The notes: generated by a model from the letters alone, not told the origin. Shown: positions 48,091 through 58,414, counted from the stretch's first letter. The stretch: 64,000 nt of DNA from Bacilli bacterium (GCA_017626405.1 JAGAIS010000005.1:4086-68085); one strand, 5' to 3'. Translations and numbers: made by a program.

Positions 48091-49458
48091 ATGAATTTTG
48101 ATAAAAGTATACTTAGAGAAGCTGATATAAGAGGTATCTATCCTCACCAAATATCTGCAGAATTTGCAAATAGACTAGGAAAAGTATTTGGGACTTACGT
48201 TAAATCAGTTGGCAAATCATTTGTCGTTGTTGGACATGATAATCGTTTTGGTGGACCTCATTTAACTAAAAATCTTATCGAGGGGTTAATTAGTACAGGT
48301 ATAAATGTCATTTATATTGGATTAGTAACAACTCCAATGCTTAACTTTGCCTCTCGTAAATTAGGACAAGAATATGGAATAATGGTAACTGCTTCTCACA
48401 ATCCAAAAGAAGATAATGGATTTAAATTATTTGGTGATAGATATCAACATTGCGATCACGAGTGTTTAGATATAATATATGAAGCCTTAAGCAATCCAAA
48501 ATATAAAATTGCTAAAGGAAAGGGTACAATTGAACATGTCGATATTCAAGATTCCTATGCTAAATATTTAAGTGAGTCAATTAATCCAAGTAATAAACCT
48601 ATGAAAGTTGTTGTTGATTGTGGTAATGGAACTGCATCAGTAATAATAAGAAAAGTATATGAACTATTGCCATTTGAAACTATTTTTCTATACTGCGATT
48701 CTAATCCAAATTTTCCAAATCATCATCCAGATCCTAATGTAAAGGAAAATTTAGCTAAACTAGCAGCTGCGGTAAAACACAATCGAGCTGATTTGGGCCT
48801 TGCTTACGACGGTGATGCTGATCGATGCGGATTTGTCGATAATAAGGGCAATATCATCGAATCAGATGTTTTGATGGCTTTAATGATTCCAGAAATACTA
48901 AAGAATAATGAAAGCAAAACTATATTAATCGATGTAAAATGTTCTAAAGTAGTAGAGGACACAATAAAAAAATATGATGGAAAAATATACCTTGAAACTC
49001 CTAGTAGTGCTATGCAAGAAAGAACAATAGATAAATTAGATATCCCTTTTGGTGGAGGATATTCTAATCATATATTTTTTAAAGATCGTCATCCAGGATA
49101 TGATGATGGAATATATGTTGGTTTGAGAGTTCAAGAGATGCTAAGCAATTCAAATGAGACATTTAATGATATGTTTAAAAAATTGAAATTATATTATAAT
49201 ACTCCTGAAATTAGAGTTAAGACAACTGATGCTAAGAAGTTTAAAATTGTTGAAGGTATAAAACAATACTGCGATTCTCATAATTATAAATATTCTACTG
49301 TCGATGGTATTAAGATATATAAGGGTGAATCTTGGGCATTAGTCCGCGCTAGTAATACAGGGCCAAATCTAACACTTAGATTTGAATCAAATACGGAAAG
49401 TGGACTTAAAAAGATTCAAAAAGAATTTATGGATGTCTTAGGTATATTAGAAAAGTAA
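48091..49458 (+). CDS. phosphomannomutase/phosphoglucomutase-family phosphohexomutase
   Basis: DIRG, TASHNP, FPNHHPDP, DGDADR, VRASNT. Confidence 0.9.
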   Translation: MNFDKSILREADIRGIYPHQISAEFANRLGKVFGTYVKSVGKSFVVVGHDNRFGGPHLTKNLIEGLISTGINVIYIGLVTTPMLNFASRKLGQEYGIMVTASHNPKEDNGFKLFGDRYQHCDHECLDIIYEALSNPKYKIAKGKGTIEHVDIQDSYAKYLSESINPSNKPMKVVVDCGNGTASVIIRKVYELLPFETIFLYCDSNPNFPNHHPDPNVKENLAKLAAAVKHNRADLGLAYDGDADRCGFVDNKGNIIESDVLMALMIPEILKNNESKTILIDVKCSKVVEDTIKKYDGKIYLETPSSAMQERTIDKLDIPFGGGYSNHIFFKDRHPGYDDGIYVGLRVQEMLSNSNETFNDMFKKLKLYYNTPEIRVKTTDAKKFKIVEGIKQYCDSHNYKYSTVDGIKIYKGESWALVRASNTGPNLTLRFESNTESGLKKIQKEFMDVLGILEK

Positions 49459-49468
49459 ATCAAATGAT

Positions 49469-50290
49469 TTACTTTTTATTTTCAAGTATTTTACCAAGTA
49501 TCTTCGCGTTTTCTTCATCGAATTCTCGAGGCATTACTATTTTAGAACCATTTTGAATTAATATTTTATCAATCTGATTATCGAATATCGAACCATAATT
49601 ATAATTACTTCTTTGACTTTCGAACGATACATTATCCTCCGTTATTAATCCATCAGTCGAGATAGTTACTAATGGTCCAATATTACAAACCCCATTTTCT
49701 CTATCTTCTTCCATACCATACCCTGCATATGCGATAATAGGTAAGTGAGGTATAAAATCTTCTTTAGAATCATTTAAATACCTTGCATTTCCTTCATTGA
49801 ATAAATTGTAATCTAATTCTCTAAAATCAGCAAAAAAACGGGATTTTTTATATTTATTCATATTGCTATAGAATTGTTGACATAATCCCAGTCTTTGCAT
49901 TTCATAAAAATGGTATTTATCTAAAGATATAAATATTTTAAAAGTGTTTCTTCTAAATCTGTGATGATTTGAATACCTTACGAAATATTTAGCTAAATCA
50001 ATTAGCTTTTTAGAGTATATAGTTCCATTTATTGTAACCGATATATTATCGACAAATATTCTTTTTTTAACAATTGTTTCAATAACCTTTTGCAATCTAT
50101 CAATGTGCATAGTTGGTTCACCACCACATATATTTAGATTATGAATGTATTTTATTTTGCAAAAAGTCTCTTCGATTACTTCGTCTGACATGACTTCTTT
50201 TGTTTTCTTTCCACGCAAACAATGAAGACAATTTAAATTGCAGTCTTCGCCAATTATTAAACATAAATTTTGTACACATATTGTAATCAT
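49469..50290 (-). CDS. radical SAM protein
   Basis: CNLNCLHC (CxxxCxxC), GGEP, TINGT. Confidence 0.85.
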   Translation of the reverse strand: MITICVQNLCLIIGEDCNLNCLHCLRGKKTKEVMSDEVIEETFCKIKYIHNLNICGGEPTMHIDRLQKVIETIVKKRIFVDNISVTINGTIYSKKLIDLAKYFVRYSNHHRFRRNTFKIFISLDKYHFYEMQRLGLCQQFYSNMNKYKKSRFFADFRELDYNLFNEGNARYLNDSKEDFIPHLPIIAYAGYGMEEDRENGVCNIGPLVTISTDGLITEDNVSFESQRSNYNYGSIFDNQIDKILIQNGSKIVMPREFDEENAKILGKILENKK

Positions 50291-50380
50291 ATAAATTCCT
50301 CTTTAATTAATTTAGTATTATAGCATTTTTATAAAATAAATAAAATATATGATATAATAATAACAATAGGAAGTGATTTA

Positions 50381-51844
50381 ATGGGTTTATTTTCATCGCT
50401 GATTAAGAGTAAAAAATATGAAGATGATTTCGCTAGTACATTAGAATCACTTACTGATAGTATTGCAAAAGATGATGAGAGAGAAGTAACAATAGAGTTC
50501 CCCGATGATGAAATTGTACAAATCAGCAGTGATATAATTGATACTCGATCTTATGAAAATGAATTGAAACTTAAACACAATTTAAGTGTTTTAATAAAGA
50601 GAGCAAAGAAAAATAATAGTGTTGATAATTTTGTGATTATAAGAGAAGATGATATTTTTCCTGACAATTGGGAATGGCTGCCATCAAGTGATTATACAAC
50701 TCTTGAATATGAATCTATTAACCTATCATATATGTTGAGAAAAAGAATTGCTGAAAGCAAATTAAAAAAAATTAAAATAGGTGATATAGAATTACCTCAT
50801 ACAAGAGATGAAATTGACGAAGAATTAAATAATATGGATAAGACGATAGGAAATGTTTATATGCCTAGTTATTTTAGATCTACTAAACATTTCACGATTA
50901 ATACTCCTTTAGGCGTAACGGGAGATTATAATGCGGTTGAATCAGGAAGAAAGTTTATTATAATTGATAATATGGATAACTTTTTAAACTCGGGATATGC
51001 TTATTCAGTAGGTTATCGAGACGCCTATTTAGATGTGACTCATGAAAGTTTGAAAATAAGTGATGATGCGATAGTTTTAATTGATTCGGAAAAATATGAT
51101 GAAATTATGAAAGATGAGAATATAGCTGAGCAATTAAAAATGAGAAGGGTAATAAAATATACGGGCGACGAAACTTTAGCAATTGATATGGTATTATCAG
51201 AAATGTCGATTCTTCCTTCGAGAATTGGAATGAAGTATGCTTTTTATGATGAAACCACTCAAAAAATATTAGAATCAAGTATTAAGAAATTAGCAGAGAA
51301 AAATAATTTGCTCTTTAATAAGAGTCATGCTGGACCCTTAACTCTTGAAGGTGGTCATTTTTCGAACTATTATGACGATAAGAATTATGATCGAAGAAAA
51401 TATTTTAGCAATCTAGCCAAATTTATTGAATCTGCATGCCCAGGCGTTAATTTTGATTTTACTTTTATGATGCGCGTAGATGAACAAAACATAAATAATC
51501 TGATTGATACGATTGGAACTTTCAAACTTTTATCTATAATAGAAGAGTATAATACCAAAGTAAAAGAAGAGTTTATGATAAGAAAAAAAACATATTTATC
51601 TGAACGCAAACAAATTACTGAAGAAATACATGATTTATTTATTAGTACAATTGGCTTAATAGATGATTATTATATGAGTGCTGATAGAAAAGACGAAGGA
51701 CTCGAATTTGAAAATCTTATTCAATTGTTTTTTCAAAGTAAAACACTTGAAGAACAAATAGAGAGTGCTAAAGAAATCCAAAAAATATTAAATAAAAGTA
51801 TATCTATTAAAGAAGAATCAAATAATAAAAATAAATTATTATAA
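50381..51844 (+). CDS. hypothetical soluble protein
   Basis: 487-aa ORF with SD; no family recognised. Confidence 0.7.
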   Translation: MGLFSSLIKSKKYEDDFASTLESLTDSIAKDDEREVTIEFPDDEIVQISSDIIDTRSYENELKLKHNLSVLIKRAKKNNSVDNFVIIREDDIFPDNWEWLPSSDYTTLEYESINLSYMLRKRIAESKLKKIKIGDIELPHTRDEIDEELNNMDKTIGNVYMPSYFRSTKHFTINTPLGVTGDYNAVESGRKFIIIDNMDNFLNSGYAYSVGYRDAYLDVTHESLKISDDAIVLIDSEKYDEIMKDENIAEQLKMRRVIKYTGDETLAIDMVLSEMSILPSRIGMKYAFYDETTQKILESSIKKLAEKNNLLFNKSHAGPLTLEGGHFSNYYDDKNYDRRKYFSNLAKFIESACPGVNFDFTFMMRVDEQNINNLIDTIGTFKLLSIIEEYNTKVKEEFMIRKKTYLSERKQITEEIHDLFISTIGLIDDYYMSADRKDEGLEFENLIQLFFQSKTLEEQIESAKEIQKILNKSISIKEESNNKNKLL

Positions 51845-51853
51845 GGAGATAAT

Positions 51854-52417
51854 ATGAAGAAGACAGTTATAACAATAATAATAGTAATTGTAGTTTTACT
51901 AGCTACAGGATTAATTTTCTATGGAACGAGCAAAACAAATGAGATTAAAAGAAGTTTTGATGATGCTCACTCTTCAACTATGACTATACCTAAGAGTACG
52001 ACGACGACAAAGCGAACGAGAACAACTACGACAACCAAAGCTACCGAAATCGATGTCGAAAGTCTATTAAAGAATGTCAAAAGAGAAAAGGGCAAAGTTA
52101 ATATTTATTTTTTCTATGGAGAAGGATGCCCTCACTGCGAACTTGAACATAAAGTGTTTGCTGAGATAAAAGATAAATATGGGAAATATTATAATTTATA
52201 TGAATTTGAAATTTGGTACAATAATGAAAATCGAGCTCTTGGTCATCTATTTGCTAAAAGTATGAATACAGAACTTAGTGGAGTACCTTTTACGGTAATA
52301 GGAAATCAATATATGACAGGATTTGGAAGTGAGTCAAAGAGTACGTTGATAGAAAAAATTGAAGAGGAAAAAGACAAAGGATACGATTTGTATTTTGATG
52401 TAATAAAAAAGCAATAA
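51854..52417 (+). CDS. membrane-anchored thioredoxin-like protein
   Basis: TM, Thr-rich linker, FFYGEGCPHC, GVPFTVIG. Confidence 0.85.
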   Translation: MKKTVITIIIVIVVLLATGLIFYGTSKTNEIKRSFDDAHSSTMTIPKSTTTTKRTRTTTTTKATEIDVESLLKNVKREKGKVNIYFFYGEGCPHCELEHKVFAEIKDKYGKYYNLYEFEIWYNNENRALGHLFAKSMNTELSGVPFTVIGNQYMTGFGSESKSTLIEKIEEEKDKGYDLYFDVIKKQ

Positions 52418-52459
52418 ACATTTGCTTTTTTATATTTATTAGAAATTAACAAAATAATA

Positions 52460-52691
52460 TTGCTTATATTTTTATAAGTATTATAATGTAGTTAGACGGT
52501 GAGTGAGTATAAGAATCCGTATGAAAGATAATAAACTATGAATATGTTTTCTAAATATTTCCGTTATGCATATAAAATAAGGTAAATTACAACAGAGATA
52601 TTAACACAATGAGGGCTTTATTAATTAAATAATTGCATAGTCAATACTACTATTTTTAATAAAGACAATAATGTGTAAACATTATTTTTTT
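52460..52691 (+). ncRNA. candidate small transcript (promoter to terminator, no substantial ORF)
   Basis: TTGCTT-N16-TATAAT at 52460-52487; terminator AATAATGT-gtaa-ACATTATT-T5 at 52667-52691. Confidence 0.4.
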
Positions 52692-52767
52692 ATTCTTTTT
52701 TTACAAAAAGTGTAATAAAAATGGCGTAATATCGAAGAAAACTAACAATTGTGAGAATATTAATATA

Positions 52768-52829
52768 TGTTGCAAATGCAACAAAATAATAAAAAATTCA
52801 ATTTTCACAATTTTGTTGTAAATGCAACA
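52768..52829. promoter_or_regulatory. two palindromic operator-like sites upstream of nrdD
   Basis: TGTTGCAAATGCAACA (52768-52783) and TGTTGTAAATGCAACA (52814-52829). Confidence 0.6.
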
Positions 52830-52886
52830 ATTATTGAAAATATAATTTGGTATAATTTGGTTATAGTAGAGGGAGGAGTAAATAAC

Positions 52887-55085
52887 ATGAAGGTTATAAA
52901 AAGAGATGGGAGTATAGTTGACTATAATCCTGGAAAAATTGAAATTGCTATTAACAAAGCAAATGCTGAGGTTGATGAACAGGATCAAGCTAGCAGCACT
53001 CAAATTAAAAAGATTATAAAATATATTGAAGGTTTAAAGAAGAAAAGAATTCTAGTAGAAGATATTCAAGATATAATTGAAGAAAAACTAATGGAATTAA
53101 AGAAATATAAATTAGCTAAGACTTATATTACTTATAGATATACGAGAGAATTAGTTCGTAAGAGCAATACGACAGATTTAGCTATCAAAGAACTAATTGA
53201 TGGAGAATCAGAATATTGGAATACAGAAAACTCTAATAAGAATGCAAAAATTGTTACAACACAAAGAGATTATCTTGCAGGTATTACAAGTACAGACATT
53301 ACAAAGAGATTCTTACTTCCTGAAGATATTGTAAAAGCTCACGAATCAGGATTAATTCACTTCCACGATGCTGATTACTTTGCACAAAATGCACTACACA
53401 ACTGTGACCTAATCAATTTAGATGATATGCTTCAAAACGGAACAATTATCAATGGTGTAATGATTGAAAAACCACATAGATTTTTAACAGCTATGACAAT
53501 AGCAACACAACTTATTACAGCTGTTAACTCAAGTCAATATGGCGGATGTACAATTACACTTACACATTTAGCTCCTTTTGTAAGAAGCAGTTATGAATAC
53601 TATGTAAAAAAATATAAAAAGAGAAAATTCTCTAGTGAAGATGTTGAAAAGTATGCTAAAGAAGATTTAAAGAAAGAAATTGTTGATGGAGTACAAACAT
53701 TCCAATATCAAATTAATTCAATGACTACAACAAACGGTCAAGCTCCTTTCTTAAGTGTATGCTTATATTTAGGTGAAACAGAAGAGTATAAAGAAGAACT
53801 TGCAATGATTATTGAAGAAGTTTTAAAACAAAGAATCGAAGGAATGAAAAATGAAAAAGGTGTATACGTAACACCAGCATTCCCAAAACTTCTATATGTT
53901 CTTGAAGAAGATAATATCAAGAAGAATGGCAAGTATTATTATTTAACTAAGTTAGCTGCTGAATGTACGGCTAAACGCATGGTTCCTGATTATATTTCTG
54001 AAAAAATAATGAAAGAATTAAAGAAAAATGAATTAGGGGACGGCGAATGTTATCCATGCATGGGATGTCGTTCATTCTTAACTCCAGATCGTTCAATGAG
54101 TTTAGGAAATATTGCCAAAGCTAAAAACTATGTTGAAGGCAAAGGAAAATACTATGGTAGATTTAATCAAGGTGTTGTTACAATTAACCTAGTTGATGTA
54201 GCTCTATCAAGTGGAAAAGACATGGAATTATTTGATAAAATTTTTGATGAGCGTCTTGAGTTATGCCATCGTGCATTGCAATTGAGACATGAACGTCTAG
54301 CAAAGGCAACTTCTGATGTTGCACCAATTTTATGGCAAAACGGAGCACTTGCTCGTTTAGAAAAAGGAGAATCCATTCATGAATTATTACATCATGGATA
54401 TTCAACTATTTCTCTTGGATATGCCGGATTATATGAATGCGTTAAATATATGACTGGTCATTCTCATACTGATAATGGTAAGGGTAAAGAATTCGGTCTA
54501 AAAGTAATGCAACATTTAAATGATAAATGTGCTGAATGGAAGGCAGCAGAAGATATCGATTATTCAGTATATGGAACTCCAATTGAATCAACTACTTACA
54601 AGTTTGCAAAGAGTTTGAAAGATCGTTTTGGTATTATTAAAGGTATAACAGATCGTAATTATATTACTAATTCATATCATGTACCTGTATTTGAAGAAAT
54701 CGATGCATTCACTAAATTAAAACTTGAGAGCGAATTCCAAAAATTATCTCCAGGTGGTGCAATTTCTTATATTGAAACACCAAATCTTGCAAATAACTTA
54801 GATTCAGTATTAGAGGTTATTCGATTCATCTACGATAATATAATGTACGCAGAATTAAATACTAAATTAGACTATTGTCAATGCTGTGGATATTCAGGAG
54901 AAATACTAATTGATGATAATCTTGAATGGTATTGTCCAAATTGCGGTAATCGTGATCATGATAAATTAAATGTTGCTCGTCGTACTTGTGGTTATATTGG
55001 TTCAAATTTCTGGAACAAAGGAAGAACTCAAGAAATCAAAGATCGTGTTATTCATTTAGACAATAAAGATGCAGACGAGGAATAG
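52887..55085 (+). CDS. nrdD: anaerobic (class III) ribonucleoside-triphosphate reductase
   Basis: ATP cone (VIKRDG), IHFHDADY, MGCRSFL, TNSYH, CQCCG..CPNCG, RRTCGY; GGAGG SD before ATG 52887. Confidence 0.97.
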   Translation: MKVIKRDGSIVDYNPGKIEIAINKANAEVDEQDQASSTQIKKIIKYIEGLKKKRILVEDIQDIIEEKLMELKKYKLAKTYITYRYTRELVRKSNTTDLAIKELIDGESEYWNTENSNKNAKIVTTQRDYLAGITSTDITKRFLLPEDIVKAHESGLIHFHDADYFAQNALHNCDLINLDDMLQNGTIINGVMIEKPHRFLTAMTIATQLITAVNSSQYGGCTITLTHLAPFVRSSYEYYVKKYKKRKFSSEDVEKYAKEDLKKEIVDGVQTFQYQINSMTTTNGQAPFLSVCLYLGETEEYKEELAMIIEEVLKQRIEGMKNEKGVYVTPAFPKLLYVLEEDNIKKNGKYYYLTKLAAECTAKRMVPDYISEKIMKELKKNELGDGECYPCMGCRSFLTPDRSMSLGNIAKAKNYVEGKGKYYGRFNQGVVTINLVDVALSSGKDMELFDKIFDERLELCHRALQLRHERLAKATSDVAPILWQNGALARLEKGESIHELLHHGYSTISLGYAGLYECVKYMTGHSHTDNGKGKEFGLKVMQHLNDKCAEWKAAEDIDYSVYGTPIESTTYKFAKSLKDRFGIIKGITDRNYITNSYHVPVFEEIDAFTKLKLESEFQKLSPGGAISYIETPNLANNLDSVLEVIRFIYDNIMYAELNTKLDYCQCCGYSGEILIDDNLEWYCPNCGNRDHDKLNVARRTCGYIGSNFWNKGRTQEIKDRVIHLDNKDADEE

Positions 55086-55087
55086 TT

Positions 55088-55582
55088 ATGCGATATAATA
55101 AAATAAGAAAAATGGATATATCAAACGGACCTGGAGTTCGTGTATCCATTTTTATGCAAGGATGTGTGTTTAATTGTAAGAATTGTTTTAATCCAGAAAC
55201 ACATGATTTCAATGGAGGAAAAGAATTTACTGATGATACAATTGAACGAATACTAGAATTGTGCGATCAAGATTATATAGCTGGTTTATCAATATTGGGT
55301 GGAGAGCCAATGCATCCTAAAAACATTGAAGGAACTACAAAGTTAGCTAAGGCTTTTAAAGAGAAGTTTCCTAATAAGACAATTTGGTCTTGGTCGGGTT
55401 TCTTGTTTGATCGCGATTTAAAAGATAAAGAAGTAATGAAATATATCGATGTTTTGGTTGATGGGCAATATAAAGATGAACTACATGATTTTAGACTTGA
55501 ATGGAGAGGATCAAGTAATCAAAGGGTTATTGATGTTCAAAAAAGTCTAAAAAATAATGAAGTAGTACTTTATTCAGAATAA
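55088..55582 (+). CDS. nrdG: anaerobic RNR activating radical SAM protein
   Basis: NGPGVRVS, GCVFNCKNCFN, LGGEP, RGSSNQR. Confidence 0.96.
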   Translation: MRYNKIRKMDISNGPGVRVSIFMQGCVFNCKNCFNPETHDFNGGKEFTDDTIERILELCDQDYIAGLSILGGEPMHPKNIEGTTKLAKAFKEKFPNKTIWSWSGFLFDRDLKDKEVMKYIDVLVDGQYKDELHDFRLEWRGSSNQRVIDVQKSLKNNEVVLYSE

Positions 55583-55660
55583 TAGAGAATGTTTTATAAC
55601 ATTCTTTTTTTATCTAAATTATTATTAACTATGTTATAATCAATATAGAAGGGTGAACAT

Positions 55661-56227
55661 ATGAAAGTTAAAGTTGGAGTATCGAATAAACATATTCATT
55701 TATCGGAAAGTGACTATAAGAAATTATTTGAAGATAGAGAATTAGAAAAATTAAAGGATATTAGTCAGCCTGGCCAATATGCCCTCAATTGTATGCTTAA
55801 GATAGAGGGACCAAATGGTAAAGTATTAAATGTCAGATTAGTTGGACCAACCAGAGATTATTCGCAGGTTGAATTATCAGTAACGGATTGTATAAGTATT
55901 GGCTTAAAAGATTATATTATTAAAGAATCTAGTCATATTGAAAATGCTCCTAAAGTTTCTGTTTACTATGATGATCCAAATAATAGAATAAGTGTATCAG
56001 TTATCGTTGCTCAAAGACACTTACACTTGAGTCCGGAAGATTGTGATCAAGACATAAATAAGAATGGTCAAAAAGTTAAGGCGATAGCCAATACGCGAAG
56101 AAGTGCTATAATTGACGATATTATCGTTAGAATGGGACCTAGTCACAAGACGGAACTTCATCTTGATACTGATGAAGCTAATGCATTTGATTTACATAAC
56201 GGTGATGAAGTTGAAATAATTGTCTAA
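55661..56227 (+). CDS. pduL: PduL-type phosphate acyltransferase
   Basis: VSNKHIHLS, SQPGQY, QVELS.TD, AQRHLH, ELHLDTDEANA. Confidence 0.88.
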   Translation: MKVKVGVSNKHIHLSESDYKKLFEDRELEKLKDISQPGQYALNCMLKIEGPNGKVLNVRLVGPTRDYSQVELSVTDCISIGLKDYIIKESSHIENAPKVSVYYDDPNNRISVSVIVAQRHLHLSPEDCDQDINKNGQKVKAIANTRRSAIIDDIIVRMGPSHKTELHLDTDEANAFDLHNGDEVEIIV

Positions 56228-56291
56228 GAAATTATTTCAACTTTTTATTTATCATATTTAATTTATGCTATAATTTATTTGGTGGTTAAAT

Positions 56292-56933
56292 ATGAGTAAA
56301 ATTAAGATTCCTAATTACAATATAAAAGAAGAATTAATAAATTCAATATCGCACGGATTAGGTGCTATATTTAGTATTGTCGTTTTAGTTTTATGTATAA
56401 TAAAAGCAAATGGAGCTAAATCGATTGTATCAGTTGTACTATATGGCGTTATTATGATTATTCTCTATGTAATATCTTGCATATATCATGCTTTACCTAG
56501 AAATAATCGCGGTAAAAAAGTCTTAAGGGTATTGGACCATATCAACGTAATGCTAATGGTAGCAGGTTCTTATATGCCTATATGCCTATCTCTTTTTAAT
56601 TCTGTACTGGGCTGGTGGACTTTTGGAATTGTTTGGTTTATAACAATAATCGCTGTTGTATTTAATGCTATAGATGTGGATAAATATACGGTTGTTTCTG
56701 CATTGTGCAATTTAATATTAGGTTGGGGAGTTTTAGTTTTAATTAAACCTCTTCTAGAGGTTACTACTTGGAGTGGAGTTATTCTTTTAATTCTTGGTGG
56801 AGTAATGTATACGATTGGATCCATACTTTATGGAATTGGAGCAAAAGTTCCATATATGCATTCAATATTTCATTTCTTTGTTTTATTCGGAAGTATATTT
56901 CATTTCATTTTTATTTATCTTTATTGTATATAG
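56292..56933 (+). CDS. hemolysin III / PAQR family membrane protein
   Basis: EELINSISHG, SCIYH, LDH...AGSY.P, GGVMYTIG, HSIFH.FVL.GS..H. Confidence 0.92.
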   Translation: MSKIKIPNYNIKEELINSISHGLGAIFSIVVLVLCIIKANGAKSIVSVVLYGVIMIILYVISCIYHALPRNNRGKKVLRVLDHINVMLMVAGSYMPICLSLFNSVLGWWTFGIVWFITIIAVVFNAIDVDKYTVVSALCNLILGWGVLVLIKPLLEVTTWSGVILLILGGVMYTIGSILYGIGAKVPYMHSIFHFFVLFGSIFHFIFIYLYCI

Positions 56934-56942
56934 GTGTAACAT

Positions 56943-57542
56943 ATGAAAATTAATATAAAGAATTATGATTTAGAAAAATTTGTTAAAAAGGACAATAGTT
57001 ATTATTATCGAGAAGATTTAAATGATAGTTTTTATTGTGAAATCATTATAAAAGATGATACTTTAGATATTAAAGTATATGATAAAAATACTTCAGAAGA
57101 ATATATACCATTCAATATTAAAAGTAATCATGGAGCTCTTTGTTCTTTCTTGCACGAATCAGTTGATAAGATAATAGATATGTTAAAAAAGGAGTCTAAC
57201 ATAGTAGATGACCTAGTTAGATATATCGAAAACAAATATAGTATTAAACCTCAATATCCTTTTCCCAATGATTCTAATTCATTTACTTTGAATAAGAACA
57301 AAAAATGGTTTTTGTTATATATGAATATATCATCTAAAAAGCTTGGAATAAATGATATTAGAGATATTGATATTGTTAATATTAAATTGCCGACTGAACT
57401 AATATCTGAATTAATTGATAATGTCGTATTCTTTAGGGCATATCACATGAATAAGAAATATTGGATTACTATTAATCTTGACAATGTATCATCGATAGAA
57501 GAAATAGTTGATTATATCGATATGTCTTTCAATCTTGTTTAA
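56943..57542 (+). CDS. MmcQ/YjbR family DNA-binding protein
   Basis: KKWF, NIKL, AYHMNKKYWITI. Confidence 0.88.
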   Translation: MKINIKNYDLEKFVKKDNSYYYREDLNDSFYCEIIIKDDTLDIKVYDKNTSEEYIPFNIKSNHGALCSFLHESVDKIIDMLKKESNIVDDLVRYIENKYSIKPQYPFPNDSNSFTLNKNKKWFLLYMNISSKKLGINDIRDIDIVNIKLPTELISELIDNVVFFRAYHMNKKYWITINLDNVSSIEEIVDYIDMSFNLV

Positions 57543-57583
57543 TTTAGTATTCATGTGCTATAATTTGATGGGTTGGTGATTAT

Positions 57584-58414
57584 ATGATAGATGTATTATT
57601 AGATACACTTTTAGATATAGTAAAATTATTACCTTTTTTATTTATATCTTTTTTAATATTAGAATTACTAGAGCATAAATTGAGTACAAAATCGAAAAGA
57701 GTAATAACTTCTTCAGGAAAGTTTGGACCTTTAATCGGAGCTCTTTTAGGAGGAATACCTCAATGTGGCTTTTCTGTAGTTGCAACGAATTTTTATGTTA
57801 CTAGGGTTATAACTTTGGGAACCTTAATTGCTATTTATTTATCGACAAGTGATGAAATGCTTCCAATATTACTTGCTAATCAAGTATCAATTATAGAAAT
57901 TGTAAAAATAGTAGGTTTAAAGGTTGTAATAGGTATGGTGGTTGGATTTATAATCGATTTTATTACTCATTCAACTATTAAAGAGGACTTCAATATTTGT
58001 GAGGATGATCATTGTGATTGTAACCATTCACTTATTAAGTCTGCTATAATACATACTTTAAAGACTTTGTTATTTATTGGTATAGCAACTTTTATTCTAA
58101 ATATAACTTTCTATTTTATATCGGAAGATTCTATTAAGAAACTATTCCTATCTAATTATGTTATTGGTTCTTTCTTATCTCCGTTATTAGGACTTATTCC
58201 TAACTGTGCAGCATCAGTAATTTTAACTGAGTTATATTTGAATGGGGTATTGACATTAGGAACGACTATAGGTGGATTATTAACTGGTAGTGGAGTTGCA
58301 ATCCTTATTCTTTTTAAGAATAATAAAAACGTAAAGGAAAATTTAAAAATAGTAGGTATTATATATGCTATTGGTGTAATATCGGGACTTATTTTAAATA
58401 TAATTGGTATATAA
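57584..58414 (+). CDS. putative metal permease (manganese/ArsG-like family)
   Basis: Duplicated G.IPQCGFS / GLIPNCAAS motifs, STSDE, His/Cys loop CEDDHCDCNH. Confidence 0.75.
   Translation: MIDVLLDTLLDIVKLLPFLFISFLILELLEHKLSTKSKRVITSSGKFGPLIGALLGGIPQCGFSVVATNFYVTRVITLGTLIAIYLSTSDEMLPILLANQVSIIEIVKIVGLKVVIGMVVGFIIDFITHSTIKEDFNICEDDHCDCNHSLIKSAIIHTLKTLLFIGIATFILNITFYFISEDSIKKLFLSNYVIGSFLSPLLGLIPNCAASVILTELYLNGVLTLGTTIGGLLTGSGVAILILFKNNKNVKENLKIVGIIYAIGVISGLILNIIGI

Noticed and set aside
52747-52812. Rex operator upstream of nrdD
   Set aside because: The TTGTGA and TCACAA half-sites are ~50 bp apart rather than in the 18-bp Rex palindrome.
52767-52886. 40-aa N-terminal extension of NrdD in the ORF track
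   Set aside because: A strong GGAGG SD precedes ATG 52887 where the ATP cone begins; the extension overlaps promoter and operator sequence.
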